A stretch of DNA of 20,000 bases, taken from positions 54,096 to 74,095 of the IMG/VR virus record IMGVR_UViG_3300043466_001742. The stretch is one strand, 5' to 3'. This document shows, one piece after another, positions 1 through 8,225 of the stretch. The stretch is from an uncultured virus (IMG/VR IMGVR_UViG_3300043466_001742). Lineage: Duplodnaviria; Heunggongvirae; Uroviricota; Caudoviricetes. Both the position numbers and the translations under genes were made by a program. Within the stretch, counting starts at the first letter, position 1. Each line of letters begins with the position of its first letter. The notes under the pieces were generated by a model. That model was not told where the DNA came from. It saw only the letters and a list, made by a program, of their open reading frames with translations, and did no database searches.

Positions 1-210
1 AGTAAGAAAATGAAAGATAAAAAATACCATAAAGCTAAATTGGCGGCTTATAGAAAATCAAAACAACCTATAAGTGATGGAACTGGTGAAAATTCTGGAG
101 AAGGACTTAATATAAAACTTGAATCTGATTTAGATAAAAAAAGAGATCTTGTCCTAGAAGAGTTTTCAAAAATTCAAAAACTTATTAACTACGATAGAGC
201 GACACAATAA
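1..210 (+). CDS. 3' end of a hypothetical phage protein (frame open from the window edge)
   Basis: No stop between base 1 and the ATG at 10, so the gene probably starts upstream; ends TAA at 210. Confidence 0.7.
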   Translation, partial: SKKMKDKKYHKAKLAAYRKSKQPISDGTGENSGEGLNIKLESDLDKKRDLVLEEFSKIQKLINYDRATQ

Positions 211-261
211 TTTACTTATAATTTAACTATGATATTATTCTCCATAGACACTTAATAGTTT

Positions 262-738
262 ATGGAGAATAATTTTTTTAACTATATTACAAAACAAGTA
301 GAAAAAGAGGATGTTGATATTTGGATGAAAATGAATAATATCTATCCAGAAAAAATGGAGTTATACTATGACTTTTGTAATTCATTATACCTTAAAGTAA
401 CATCAACATACCTTGGTTTTGAAGGTAAAGACGAAACCAATACAATAATGTCAGAAGAAGATAATATAAATCATTTCAACTGGTGTTGGGACCAATTATT
501 GGAAGATTTCAAAAAAGAAAACATAAGTTTTGAACCGGATGGTGATCATTATGATTATTTCATAACATTTTTTGATGAAATATTTTACAAACAAAAAGAA
601 AAAAAAATAAGAGAATCAATAGATAAGTTTTTTAGAGATGTTTTTGATTTAGAACAATCATTTACACAATCTGATTTAGACCTTATATTGACGATATATA
701 AGAACCTTGATAAAAATATGACCGTTAATATTTACTAA
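262..738 (+). CDS. hypothetical protein (158 aa, acidic/aromatic-rich)
   Basis: Long ORF preceded by TTTAC-N17-TATTATT; no motif recognised. Confidence 0.8.
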   Translation: MENNFFNYITKQVEKEDVDIWMKMNNIYPEKMELYYDFCNSLYLKVTSTYLGFEGKDETNTIMSEEDNINHFNWCWDQLLEDFKKENISFEPDGDHYDYFITFFDEIFYKQKEKKIRESIDKFFRDVFDLEQSFTQSDLDLILTIYKNLDKNMTVNIY

Positions 739-789
739 AGGCGAATCATACCATATCTTATAGTTTAATAAACAAATAAAAATTTAAAA

Positions 790-966
790 ATGGAAACTTT
801 AGAAAAAATTAAAACATTGGTTGAGACAATATCAGCAGAATCAACAAAGTTTTTTGAAAAAGGAAACAAATCTGCCGGAACAAGAGCAAGAACCTCAGCA
901 CAAGAATTACGAGAATTGTTAAAAACATTTAGAGCTGAAATATTAGAAGCTAAAAAAAATGACTAA
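790..966 (+). CDS. Hc1 / histone H1-like small DNA-binding protein (58 aa; not in ORF track)
   Basis: Hand translation METLEKIKTLVETISAESTKFFEKGNKSAGTRARTSAQELRELLKTFRAEILEAKKND; KGNKxAGTRAR is the Hc1-family signature; A-rich start context; overlaps the next ATG. Confidence 0.85.
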   Translation: METLEKIKTLVETISAESTKFFEKGNKSAGTRARTSAQELRELLKTFRAEILEAKKND

Positions 967-1147
967 TATAAATACAATATTTCTTTTTCTATTTATATTT
1001 TCTTTGATTGGAGTAATACGACTTTGTTTTAAAACAATAATTTTATTATTACAAAACACTCCACAAAAGTTAAATTTACAAAAGAATGAATTGTTTTTTT
1101 ATGGGATTTTGATTTCATATATAATAACCTACATTATACAAAAATAA
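959..1147 (+). CDS. small membrane protein with two predicted TM helices
   Basis: Two hydrophobic stretches (IFLFLFIFSLIGVI; LFFYGILISYIITYII); tightly coupled to both neighbours. Confidence 0.7.
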   Translation: MTNINTIFLFLFIFSLIGVIRLCFKTIILLLQNTPQKLNLQKNELFFYGILISYIITYIIQK

Positions 1148-1148
1148 G

Positions 1149-1592
1149 ATGAGTATTTACAAAGAATTTAGTGATTTTTATCCTTATATCCAGTCAATCA
1201 GAAAATTAAAAAATTATTTGAGTTTTGATATGAATTTTCCAAAAGAATGGAAATTACCAAAAAAGTTTGTTCCAGAAAATAGTGTTGTTGAAAATGAATC
1301 ACAAGATCCAAATAAAAGGTTAATCTCTTTTGTTTCAGAATTTGAAGAGGAAAAAATCAATACGATTGCCACAAACATCAAAAATGTTATTAAATACAAT
1401 AAGGAACTTGAAGAAAAAGAAAGGTTATTCAATTTGAAAGTCAAAGAACTTAAAAATATATTTGAAAAACAAAATTTAACAACACTCAAAGATTTGAAGT
1501 TTGATCTTGAAGATAAATTTAAATTGATAGATGATGAGCAGGATAATGACAGACAAGGAGAAGAATCTCCAATGGTTGAAGAACGAGATTGA
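1149..1592 (+). CDS. hypothetical protein with coiled-coil region
   Basis: 147 aa ORF starting 1 nt after the previous stop. Confidence 0.8.
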   Translation: MSIYKEFSDFYPYIQSIRKLKNYLSFDMNFPKEWKLPKKFVPENSVVENESQDPNKRLISFVSEFEEEKINTIATNIKNVIKYNKELEEKERLFNLKVKELKNIFEKQNLTTLKDLKFDLEDKFKLIDDEQDNDRQGEESPMVEERD

Positions 1593-1734
1593 AGCTGACG
1601 AAAAAGAACTTCATAGGGAAAAAATGGAGTTCATATCACAAATTAAAAACCTAAAAAAAGAAGAGATAATCCCAACTGAAAAAGAAAAAATGTCCTTATG
1701 GCAAAGAATGAAGAAAGTATTGTTGGGGATTTAG
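1546..1734 (+). CDS. hypothetical coiled-coil protein (probable start ATG 1546)
   Basis: MTDKEKNLQWLKNEIE...SLWQRMKKVLLGI; overlaps both neighbours; start choice uncertain (1531 or 1534 possible). Confidence 0.65.
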   Translation: MTDKEKNLQWLKNEIEADEKELHREKMEFISQIKNLKKEEIIPTEKEKMSLWQRMKKVLLGI

Positions 1735-2015
1735 AAAAATTAGCACTAATTACCGATGGAATGCAAAACATTTTTCCAGATGGTGTTGGTGCTATTGTTT
1801 TTGAATTAAGACCACACGATTTTTATAGAGTTAAAAATTATTTTAAACAATTAAAAACTGATGGAAGTAGGTTTAAAATTGATATATCGGGTGTTGAGGT
1901 AATTTTTATTCTTGAAGGGACTATTGAAGAAAAAATAGAAGATGAACCTATTATTGAAAAAAAATCGTTCTGGTCTCAAATTTTAACAAAATTTAATCGT
2001 AAAAGTAAGTCGTAG
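1698..2015 (+). CDS. hypothetical protein
   Basis: 105 aa ORF with a basic amphipathic C-tail (KKSFWSQILTKF) similar in style to the previous ORF. Confidence 0.75.
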   Translation: MAKNEESIVGDLEKLALITDGMQNIFPDGVGAIVFELRPHDFYRVKNYFKQLKTDGSRFKIDISGVEVIFILEGTIEEKIEDEPIIEKKSFWSQILTKFNRKSKS

Positions 2016-2625
2016 AGTTTCTATAAAGGGTTGATTTTGAAAAACCCTTCTGCTCCAGTGTTGAGTATAAATATCTTTTTTGATCCTTAGTTGTTTCTGG
2101 AACCACAATACAATCACTCCTCCTATTTTTATATAAAACATCAGAAAGTATATTTAAAAATCTGTTAGATTCTGGTTCACACTTTAATGAAAATAAGTTA
2201 TAATTATCGTCTTCCTGAACAACAATTTTATTATTTAGACTTGATATGAATTTTAATCCACCACCTTTGAGGTATTGATTGTAGAATTTTTTAAAACTTA
2301 TTTTTTTATTTGATTGAAGATCAAAAAGAAATTCCTCAACCTTATAGTCAGAAACTTTTGATAATTTATAATCTGGATCATCAAGTTCTATTTTTAATTG
2401 TCTTCCCAGACTATCTTTTTTATAAAAAATTGTAAAATCGTTAGAATCCTTTTCAAGCAACCCAACCTCAAAAAAAACACTTTTACCGTTTTCGACTCTT
2501 TTATCAAAAATAACATCATTGTTTGTTAGACCGGTAAAATATGAATTGGCTCGTTTAAATGTTTTAAATTTCTTTAAAATCTTTTTTCTTTCTTTATTTT
2601 TGAATAAAACTATTAGATATTTCAT
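1993..2625 (-). CDS. hypothetical protein (210 aa, basic)
   Basis: Long ORF, convergent overlap with the previous gene, divergent from dnaJ. Confidence 0.8.
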   Translation of the reverse strand: MKYLIVLFKNKERKKILKKFKTFKRANSYFTGLTNNDVIFDKRVENGKSVFFEVGLLEKDSNDFTIFYKKDSLGRQLKIELDDPDYKLSKVSDYKVEEFLFDLQSNKKISFKKFYNQYLKGGGLKFISSLNNKIVVQEDDNYNLFSLKCEPESNRFLNILSDVLYKNRRSDCIVVPETTKDQKRYLYSTLEQKGFSKSTLYRNSTTYFYD

Positions 2626-2670
2626 AAAAATATTCCTATAATTAAAAAGTATATTAAAAACATTAGATAA

Positions 2671-3612
2671 ATGAATGGTGAAACATATTACGACATTTTA
2701 GGTGTTGCTGAAACCGCGACACAAGACGACATAAAAAAAGCATATAGAAAACTTGCAAAAGAAAATCATCCAGATAAAGGTGGAAATGAGGATGTTTTTA
2801 AAAAGATTTCTGCGGCCTATGATACTATTGGTGATGAACAAAAAAGACAACAATATGATATGGAAAGAAAGAATCCATTTGCCGGTATGGGTGGTGGTTT
2901 CGGTTCTTCAATGAGTGACTTATTTAATAGTGTTTTTGGTGCTGGAAGACAACAAAGACAACAACCAAGAACTCACACAACAAATCTTACAATATCTATT
3001 GGTGCTGTAGAATCTTTTTTGGGTAAAACTAAAACAATCACATATCAAAGAAAAACAGTGTGTGAACCTTGTAACGGTAGTGGGGGTGATAGTCAAACTT
3101 GTTCAACCTGCCACGGACAAGGTCAGGTCGTAAGACAAGTCGGATCAAATATGTTTATACAAATGGTTCAAATGCAATGTCCAACCTGTATGGGTTCTGG
3201 AAAAATAATGATAAACGCTTGCCATTCCTGTGGTGGTCAAGGAACAAAAGATGAAATTAAAAATGTTGATATTAAATTACCACATGGGGCTGATGACGGT
3301 CAGTTTTTAAGATTACAAGGACAAGGTGATTTTAGAAACGGAATTTTTGGTGATTTAATTTTGAGAATACAAGTGGATAAAGAAAATAACTTTGAAAAAT
3401 TCGGAAACCATTTAGTTTATAATTGTTATTTTACACTTAAAGATCTGGAAAAGGATAGTTTTGAAATCCCACATCCGGACGGATCAATGACAATCAAGTT
3501 TCCAAAGAATATTGACACATCAAAACCTTTAAGAGTTAAAGGAAAGGGATTTAGAATTGAAAATGGGGGTGATTTAATGATAAATCAATTTTTGAGATAC
3601 GAAAGAAATTAG
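2671..3612 (+). CDS. dnaJ: DnaJ (class A) co-chaperone
   Basis: J-domain YYDILGV...IKKAYRKLAKENHPDK, G/F-rich linker, four CxxCxGxG motifs (CEPCNGSG, CSTCHGQG, CPTCMGSG, CHSCGGQG), C-terminal GDL and LRVKGKG motifs. Confidence 0.97.
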   Translation: MNGETYYDILGVAETATQDDIKKAYRKLAKENHPDKGGNEDVFKKISAAYDTIGDEQKRQQYDMERKNPFAGMGGGFGSSMSDLFNSVFGAGRQQRQQPRTHTTNLTISIGAVESFLGKTKTITYQRKTVCEPCNGSGGDSQTCSTCHGQGQVVRQVGSNMFIQMVQMQCPTCMGSGKIMINACHSCGGQGTKDEIKNVDIKLPHGADDGQFLRLQGQGDFRNGIFGDLILRIQVDKENNFEKFGNHLVYNCYFTLKDLEKDSFEIPHPDGSMTIKFPKNIDTSKPLRVKGKGFRIENGGDLMINQFLRYERN

Positions 3613-3770
3613 AAAAAAGACATAATATCTTTTACTAACGCTATTCCACCATATATTGATAAAACAAACATTACAATACCAAAACCAATTAAAAAATTTT
3701 GTGTTCTTTTAACACCCTTGTCAGTTTTACAAGATTGACACCCTACTTTTGTTGCTTCTTTATTTTCCAT
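3609..3770 (-). CDS. small CxxC + single-TM protein (53 aa; not in ORF track)
   Basis: MENKEATKVGCQSCKTDKGVKRTQNFLIGFGIVMFVLSIYGGIALVKDIMSFF; TATTTATT on the minus strand at 3782-3789. Confidence 0.7.
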   Translation of the reverse strand: MENKEATKVGCQSCKTDKGVKRTQNFLIGFGIVMFVLSIYGGIALVKDIMSFF

Positions 3771-3773
3771 ATT

Positions 3774-3926
3774 TTAATTATAATAAATAATTATATCACC
3801 TCTTACGATTTTAGTAAAGTAATTAAAACTTAATTCTTCTCTAATTAAAATGTCTTCATTTTTTGTGACAATAATTTCTTCAACACCAGCTCTTCCACTT
3901 TTATATAACTCCACCGAAAAACTCAT
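3774..3926 (-). CDS. possible 50 aa hypothetical protein or gene remnant
   Basis: MSFSVELYKSGRAGVEEIIVTKNEDILIREELSFNYFTKIVRGDIIIYYN; fills the gap and stops 3 nt before the next ATG. Confidence 0.4.
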   Translation of the reverse strand: MSFSVELYKSGRAGVEEIIVTKNEDILIREELSFNYFTKIVRGDIIIYYN

Positions 3927-4049
3927 AAATCTTTAGTTTTTAGGTAGTTCACATTTATCAAATAAATAATTAATTTTTTTTAAATTGACATATAAATAAT
4001 AAATAGTTATTTTTTTACTTGGTTATAATATTTATAGTAAAAACAAATT

Positions 4050-6005
4050 ATGGAATTAATCAACCTATTATCAAAAGTAGTTAAGGAGAACGCTAACACT
4101 AAAAAAATTCTATTGGAATACCCAGAATCCACAATTAAAAAGTTAGTAGATAAATTTTCTAAAGAGACTCAAGATTCTGAAGAAATGATAAGAAAAAATA
4201 TTGCCGACTTTGAAAGATTTAAAAGTGCGTTTGCAAATGAGGACAAAGACATTTTTAAACATACATACGAAAAACTTAAAAAACTTATTGAAGATAAGGC
4301 AACAAAACAAAAAAGTAAAAAGAATCTTGAAGATATGGTTCAAGACTATATCCAAAAATATAAAGGAACCGATTTACAATTAGCAAAAACAAATATCAAG
4401 AAGTTTTTTGAAATTAAAACACAATTACCACAATTAAAAGAATTTAAGAAAGAAGTTACAACTTATACTCCGGCAGAATTAAATTCTTTGGTTGAAAGAT
4501 ACTTTTCAAAATTTAATAACCAAGGTGTCAATGAACTTATTGTTGCTATCGCACAAAAATTCCACGATCAATTACCGGAAGAAGATGTTATGACAGTAAT
4601 TTTACCGAGAGCAAAAAGATTTGTAAAACACTACAACTTATTTCCAATCAATATGAAGTTAAGTGCGTTTATGACATTTGATGAATTTGAACATGCTGTT
4701 GATGGTTATACACCAATGGAAGAAAGTGAGTATGATGTTCCTGAAGTTGACACAAGCGATGTTGATATTGCATATGAGGATGATAATGTATTAATCTTTG
4801 CACCAGATCAAAAACATAAATGTATTAACATTAGAAAGAAATTTGCACCAGATAGAAGATGGTGTACATCTTGGGAGGGTGCTTCAAATTACTATTACAA
4901 TTATAGATTAAACCAAAATCTTACACTTTATTATATCATCAACAAAAATTTACCAGAATCAGATTTAAATTACGCTTCAGTTATTCTTGTTGATAAGTGG
5001 GGTGAAAAGAGGTTAGCTGATGGTTCTAATTCTGGAAGATATGCCGGATCCACTGTTATTCCTTGGAGTGAGATTTTAAGTAAAATTCCGGTTCTTAAAG
5101 ATAAAGAAAAATATTTGGAAGGAAAACCATTTACTGATGAGGATCAAGCTAAAATGCAAAAATATAAGTCTTATAATTTAAAAACTACAGATCCTATAAC
5201 TGAACTTGGTGGTTACCAAGAAGTTGAAATGTGGTTAGAATTAAGAAGTCCAGATTTAAAATCAACACAAAATGGGGATGAAATATTTAAGAATCTTCCA
5301 GAAGAAATGCAAAAGAAATACATTGGACTTGGAAATGAGTTAAGTGCTGGAATGGTTAGAGTCCTTACACCAAGTGCTATGTCATATTATGTGTCAAAGA
5401 AAAAAGAAAAATTGCTTACAAAATCCTTGAAAGATTTAAGTGAAAATGATATGGAAGTTATTATGAGTAGAGAAATGAGACCATATTTAAAAAGTTTGAA
5501 AGCAAAATACAAAAAAGAAATTGAAAATTTTAACACAGGGTTTATTCAAATCATTTATCCAAGTGACCCAAATGCGAAATATGCCAGAATGTTTGGATTT
5601 AGAGAAGTTTTTGATTTAATACCGGAAAATACAACAATGCTTACAATAGAAAATAAATCAAAGGATGAGATTTATATTGAACTCCCTGAAACGATTGGTA
5701 GGCTTAAAAATTTATATACACTTTCTGTTACTAATATTGTTAAATCAATTCCTGAAGAAATTGGTGAATGTAAAGAATTATCTTTCTTGAATATAACAAA
5801 TTGTCGTGAATTAAAAACACTACCTGTGACACTACTTAATTGTCCTTGTTTGACCTTTATATCAAAAAGAAATTCTGGTTTGGATATTAAGAATGTGCCA
5901 GAAGAATTGGCACAATATTTAATTGTTGGTGATGAGTTGTGGTCACCAAACTTCCCAGATTATATTACCGATCAATGTGTTAGTGAAGGACCAACTGATT
6001 TTTAA
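4050..6005 (+). CDS. multidomain protein: N-terminal leader, helical repeats, 'WC' domain, C-terminal leucine-rich repeats
   Basis: LRR pattern ELPETIGRLKNLYTLSV / SIPEEIGECKELSFLNITNC / LKTLPVTLLNCPCLTFI; YEDD..P...WCTS motif; TATTTATA at 4029-4036. Confidence 0.85.
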   Translation: MELINLLSKVVKENANTKKILLEYPESTIKKLVDKFSKETQDSEEMIRKNIADFERFKSAFANEDKDIFKHTYEKLKKLIEDKATKQKSKKNLEDMVQDYIQKYKGTDLQLAKTNIKKFFEIKTQLPQLKEFKKEVTTYTPAELNSLVERYFSKFNNQGVNELIVAIAQKFHDQLPEEDVMTVILPRAKRFVKHYNLFPINMKLSAFMTFDEFEHAVDGYTPMEESEYDVPEVDTSDVDIAYEDDNVLIFAPDQKHKCINIRKKFAPDRRWCTSWEGASNYYYNYRLNQNLTLYYIINKNLPESDLNYASVILVDKWGEKRLADGSNSGRYAGSTVIPWSEILSKIPVLKDKEKYLEGKPFTDEDQAKMQKYKSYNLKTTDPITELGGYQEVEMWLELRSPDLKSTQNGDEIFKNLPEEMQKKYIGLGNELSAGMVRVLTPSAMSYYVSKKKEKLLTKSLKDLSENDMEVIMSREMRPYLKSLKAKYKKEIENFNTGFIQIIYPSDPNAKYARMFGFREVFDLIPENTTMLTIENKSKDEIYIELPETIGRLKNLYTLSVTNIVKSIPEEIGECKELSFLNITNCRELKTLPVTLLNCPCLTFISKRNSGLDIKNVPEELAQYLIVGDELWSPNFPDYITDQCVSEGPTDF

Positions 6006-6008
6006 TTT

Positions 6009-6299
6009 ATGAAAAATATTGATGTAGAAATTTACATTTCAAATTTAATTTCTTTTTTTGAAAACAACCCAAATGATTTAATTGATCTTATTGGGTCACT
6101 ACAAAAGGATGAGTTTTATCAAAAATTGAGACAAAGGAGCGAATTAAATTTTAAAGAAGGAAAAGATTTTATTTTGTCAAGAGAACAAATTATTGATATT
6201 GTTCTTGAACTAAAAATACCAGAAATTGTATCAGACAAAAAAATAGATTTAGATAAGATTATACACAAGACAAAGTTTGGTGACATTATTTTAAATTAA
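6009..6299 (+). CDS. hypothetical protein
   Basis: 96 aa ORF 3 nt after the previous stop. Confidence 0.75.
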   Translation: MKNIDVEIYISNLISFFENNPNDLIDLIGSLQKDEFYQKLRQRSELNFKEGKDFILSREQIIDIVLELKIPEIVSDKKIDLDKIIHKTKFGDIILN

Positions 6300-6311
6300 T
6301 TTCAAAAAATA

Positions 6312-6342
6312 TTTGGAGATTAAAAAAATGTTTGTATCTTTG
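6312..6342 (+). promoter_or_regulatory. Bacteroidota primary-sigma promoter (-33 TTTG / -7 TAnnTTTG)
   Basis: TTTG 6312-6315, 19-nt spacer, TATCTTTG 6335-6342. Confidence 0.8.
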
Positions 6343-6381
6343 TTAAACAATAATTGATACTAACACTTAAAAAATATAAAA

Positions 6382-6495
6382 ATGAAAACTGTAGAAATAA
6401 CAATACAAGAAATCTGGGCAGCAACGAGACCAATTGTTCAAAAGAGTAAGAAACAATATTCTCGTAAAGAGAAACATAAAAACAAATCCTACTAA
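6382..6495 (+). CDS. 37 aa basic micro-protein with ArfA-like C-terminus (not in ORF track)
   Basis: MKTVEITIQEIWAATRPIVQKSKKQYSRKEKHKNKSY; has its own promoter and terminator; KKxYxRKxKHK resembles the ArfA tail. Confidence 0.7.
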   Translation: MKTVEITIQEIWAATRPIVQKSKKQYSRKEKHKNKSY

Positions 6496-6507
6496 AATAT
6501 GTAGGTT

Positions 6508-6537
6508 AAAGTGGTGACTTTCTCACCACTTTTTTTA
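6508..6537 (+). terminator. intrinsic terminator
   Basis: AAAGTGGTGA-CTTTC-TCACCACTTT followed by a T-run. Confidence 0.85.
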
Positions 6538-6548
6538 TTTTTAGTTAT

Positions 6549-6896
6549 ATGGAAAAAAAATACTTTAAAAAGGAAGATATTTTTATTGAAGAATTAACTA
6601 AAAAAAACGGAAACATATATAGTTCAGTTTTAATTGAAACACCAAATTTAGTTCCAAACGATTTAATTAGTAGAGATAATTTCACAACTGAATATCTGGA
6701 TAGTGTTTGGTTCCAGACAGAAAAAAAAATGTTTCACTTTGAAGGTATTTTTAAAAATAGATCAGATATTTATCTTTATCTATCTAGGTATGATGGTCAA
6801 TCATATCAATTAAAGATAATTTATGAAATTAGTAAGCTTGATGAGGTTACTCTTTTCATTAAACAATTAACTAAATTAAAACAAAATGGAAATTAG
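6549..6896 (+). CDS. hypothetical protein
   Basis: 115 aa ORF; no motif recognised. Confidence 0.75.
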   Translation: MEKKYFKKEDIFIEELTKKNGNIYSSVLIETPNLVPNDLISRDNFTTEYLDSVWFQTEKKMFHFEGIFKNRSDIYLYLSRYDGQSYQLKIIYEISKLDEVTLFIKQLTKLKQNGN

Positions 6897-6929
6897 TCAA
6901 TATGGTGATATTTATAATAAAACACCATT

Positions 6930-7592
6930 ATGACTAATCTTGGAAAAATATATAAAATAAAAAATTTAGTAAACCAAAAAGAATATGTTGGTTGTACTGT
7001 ATCAACACTAAAGAAAAGATTTGAAGAACATATTTTTAGGTGTACGAAAAGTGATTCTAACACAAAATTATGTAATTCGGTTAGAAAATATGGTTCTGAT
7101 AAATTTATGATAGAATTAATTGAGGAATGTGAGTTGTCAAGTATTTATGAAAGAGAAAAATTTTACATTAATGAAATGAAAACATTTGATTCTGGACTAA
7201 ACTCAACAATTGGTGGTGAAGGTTGTTTAGGTTATAAACATAGTAAAGAAATTCGTGAAAAAATATCAAAATTGATAAAAGAAGGAAAATCACATAAAAA
7301 TAAAACATATGATGTTATATATGGTGAACGAAGTATTGAGGAGAAAAAAAATAGACAAGAATCTGTTAAGAAAAGTTGGGAAACTATGACGGAAGATGAT
7401 AGAAATGAAAGAGTTGAAAATATTAGAAAAGCAAGACAAAAAAATTCAAAATATGGTGTTGAGTTAATAAAAGAAGTTAAAGAAAAATTAAAAAATGGGA
7501 TAAAAGTTCCTCAACTTATCAAGGAATACCCAAATATGAAAAGTCATATTCTTTATGACATAAAAAATAATAGAAGATGGAAAAACATTTAG
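6930..7592 (+). CDS. free-standing GIY-YIG (Seg-like) homing endonuclease
   Basis: KIYKIKNLVNQKEYVGCT (GIY..YIG variant), conserved R..EH, EREKFYI, GLNSTIGGEG, then NUMOD3-like GYKHSKEIREKIS and an HTH-like C-terminus. Confidence 0.9.
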   Translation: MTNLGKIYKIKNLVNQKEYVGCTVSTLKKRFEEHIFRCTKSDSNTKLCNSVRKYGSDKFMIELIEECELSSIYEREKFYINEMKTFDSGLNSTIGGEGCLGYKHSKEIREKISKLIKEGKSHKNKTYDVIYGERSIEEKKNRQESVKKSWETMTEDDRNERVENIRKARQKNSKYGVELIKEVKEKLKNGIKVPQLIKEYPNMKSHILYDIKNNRRWKNI

Positions 7593-7595
7593 ATT

Positions 7596-7910
7596 ATGGA
7601 AATTACAAGTGTAGAATTACAAGAAAAAATTAAAAATGGTGAAAAAATTATTCTTAAATTGGGGGCGTCTTGGTGTCAACCTTGTTCAGTTTTAAACCCA
7701 ATATTCGAAAAAGTCGCTAGTCAAAATACATCTGATGTTCAGATGTATACGATGGATGTAGATTTAAATAGAGAAGTTGCAATGTCTCTTGGTGTAAGGA
7801 GTGTACCGACAATTAAAATTTTCAACGGTGGAGAACTTGTTGATACAAGAGTTGGTGTTTTAACAGAAGGACAAATAAATGGTTTAGTAACAGAGTTAAT
7901 CAATGGATAA
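7596..7910 (+). CDS. trxA: thioredoxin
   Basis: ASWCQPC active site, GVRSVPT cis-Pro motif, 104 aa. Confidence 0.92.
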   Translation: MEITSVELQEKIKNGEKIILKLGASWCQPCSVLNPIFEKVASQNTSDVQMYTMDVDLNREVAMSLGVRSVPTIKIFNGGELVDTRVGVLTEGQINGLVTELING

Positions 7911-8190
7911 GGTAGCCGTATTGTTCACAATGAAAGGATGTCCTTTTTGTGTTGAACTAAAAGAAATGTTAGAAAAAGAAGATATTTTTTTTGTTGATAG
8001 AGATATTCACGAACACGAAGAAGAATATGATTTGTTTGTTGAATTAACTGGTAATGATTATATTCCGGCTTTTATGTTAATTGAAGCTCCAGAATCTGAT
8101 GAACCAATAACAGAACTTTTCGCACCGGACAGAGATTTTGATGACATTAACGAAGGTTTTGAAATAATTAAAAATTTCTTAAATGATTAA
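7903..8190 (+). CDS. glutaredoxin / NrdH-like redoxin
   Basis: FTMKGCPFC and TGNDYIP motifs; 8-nt overlap with thioredoxin. Confidence 0.85.
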   Translation: MDKVAVLFTMKGCPFCVELKEMLEKEDIFFVDRDIHEHEEEYDLFVELTGNDYIPAFMLIEAPESDEPITELFAPDRDFDDINEGFEIIKNFLND

Positions 8191-8225
8191 AAAAACCCCA
8201 TCCTAAAAAGGTGGGGTTTCTTTTT
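8189..8225. terminator. bidirectional intrinsic terminator between convergent genes
   Basis: AAACCCCATC-loop-GGTGGGGTTT flanked by A and T runs. Confidence 0.8.

Noticed and set aside
3927..3990. Read-through or frameshift extension of the 3774-3926 ORF from ATG 3990(-)
   Set aside because: It needs both a frameshift and bypass of a TAA; cannot be supported without homologues.
6897..7595. Group I intron around the GIY-YIG gene
   Set aside because: Only about 33 nt upstream and 3 nt downstream are non-coding, leaving no room for a ribozyme core.
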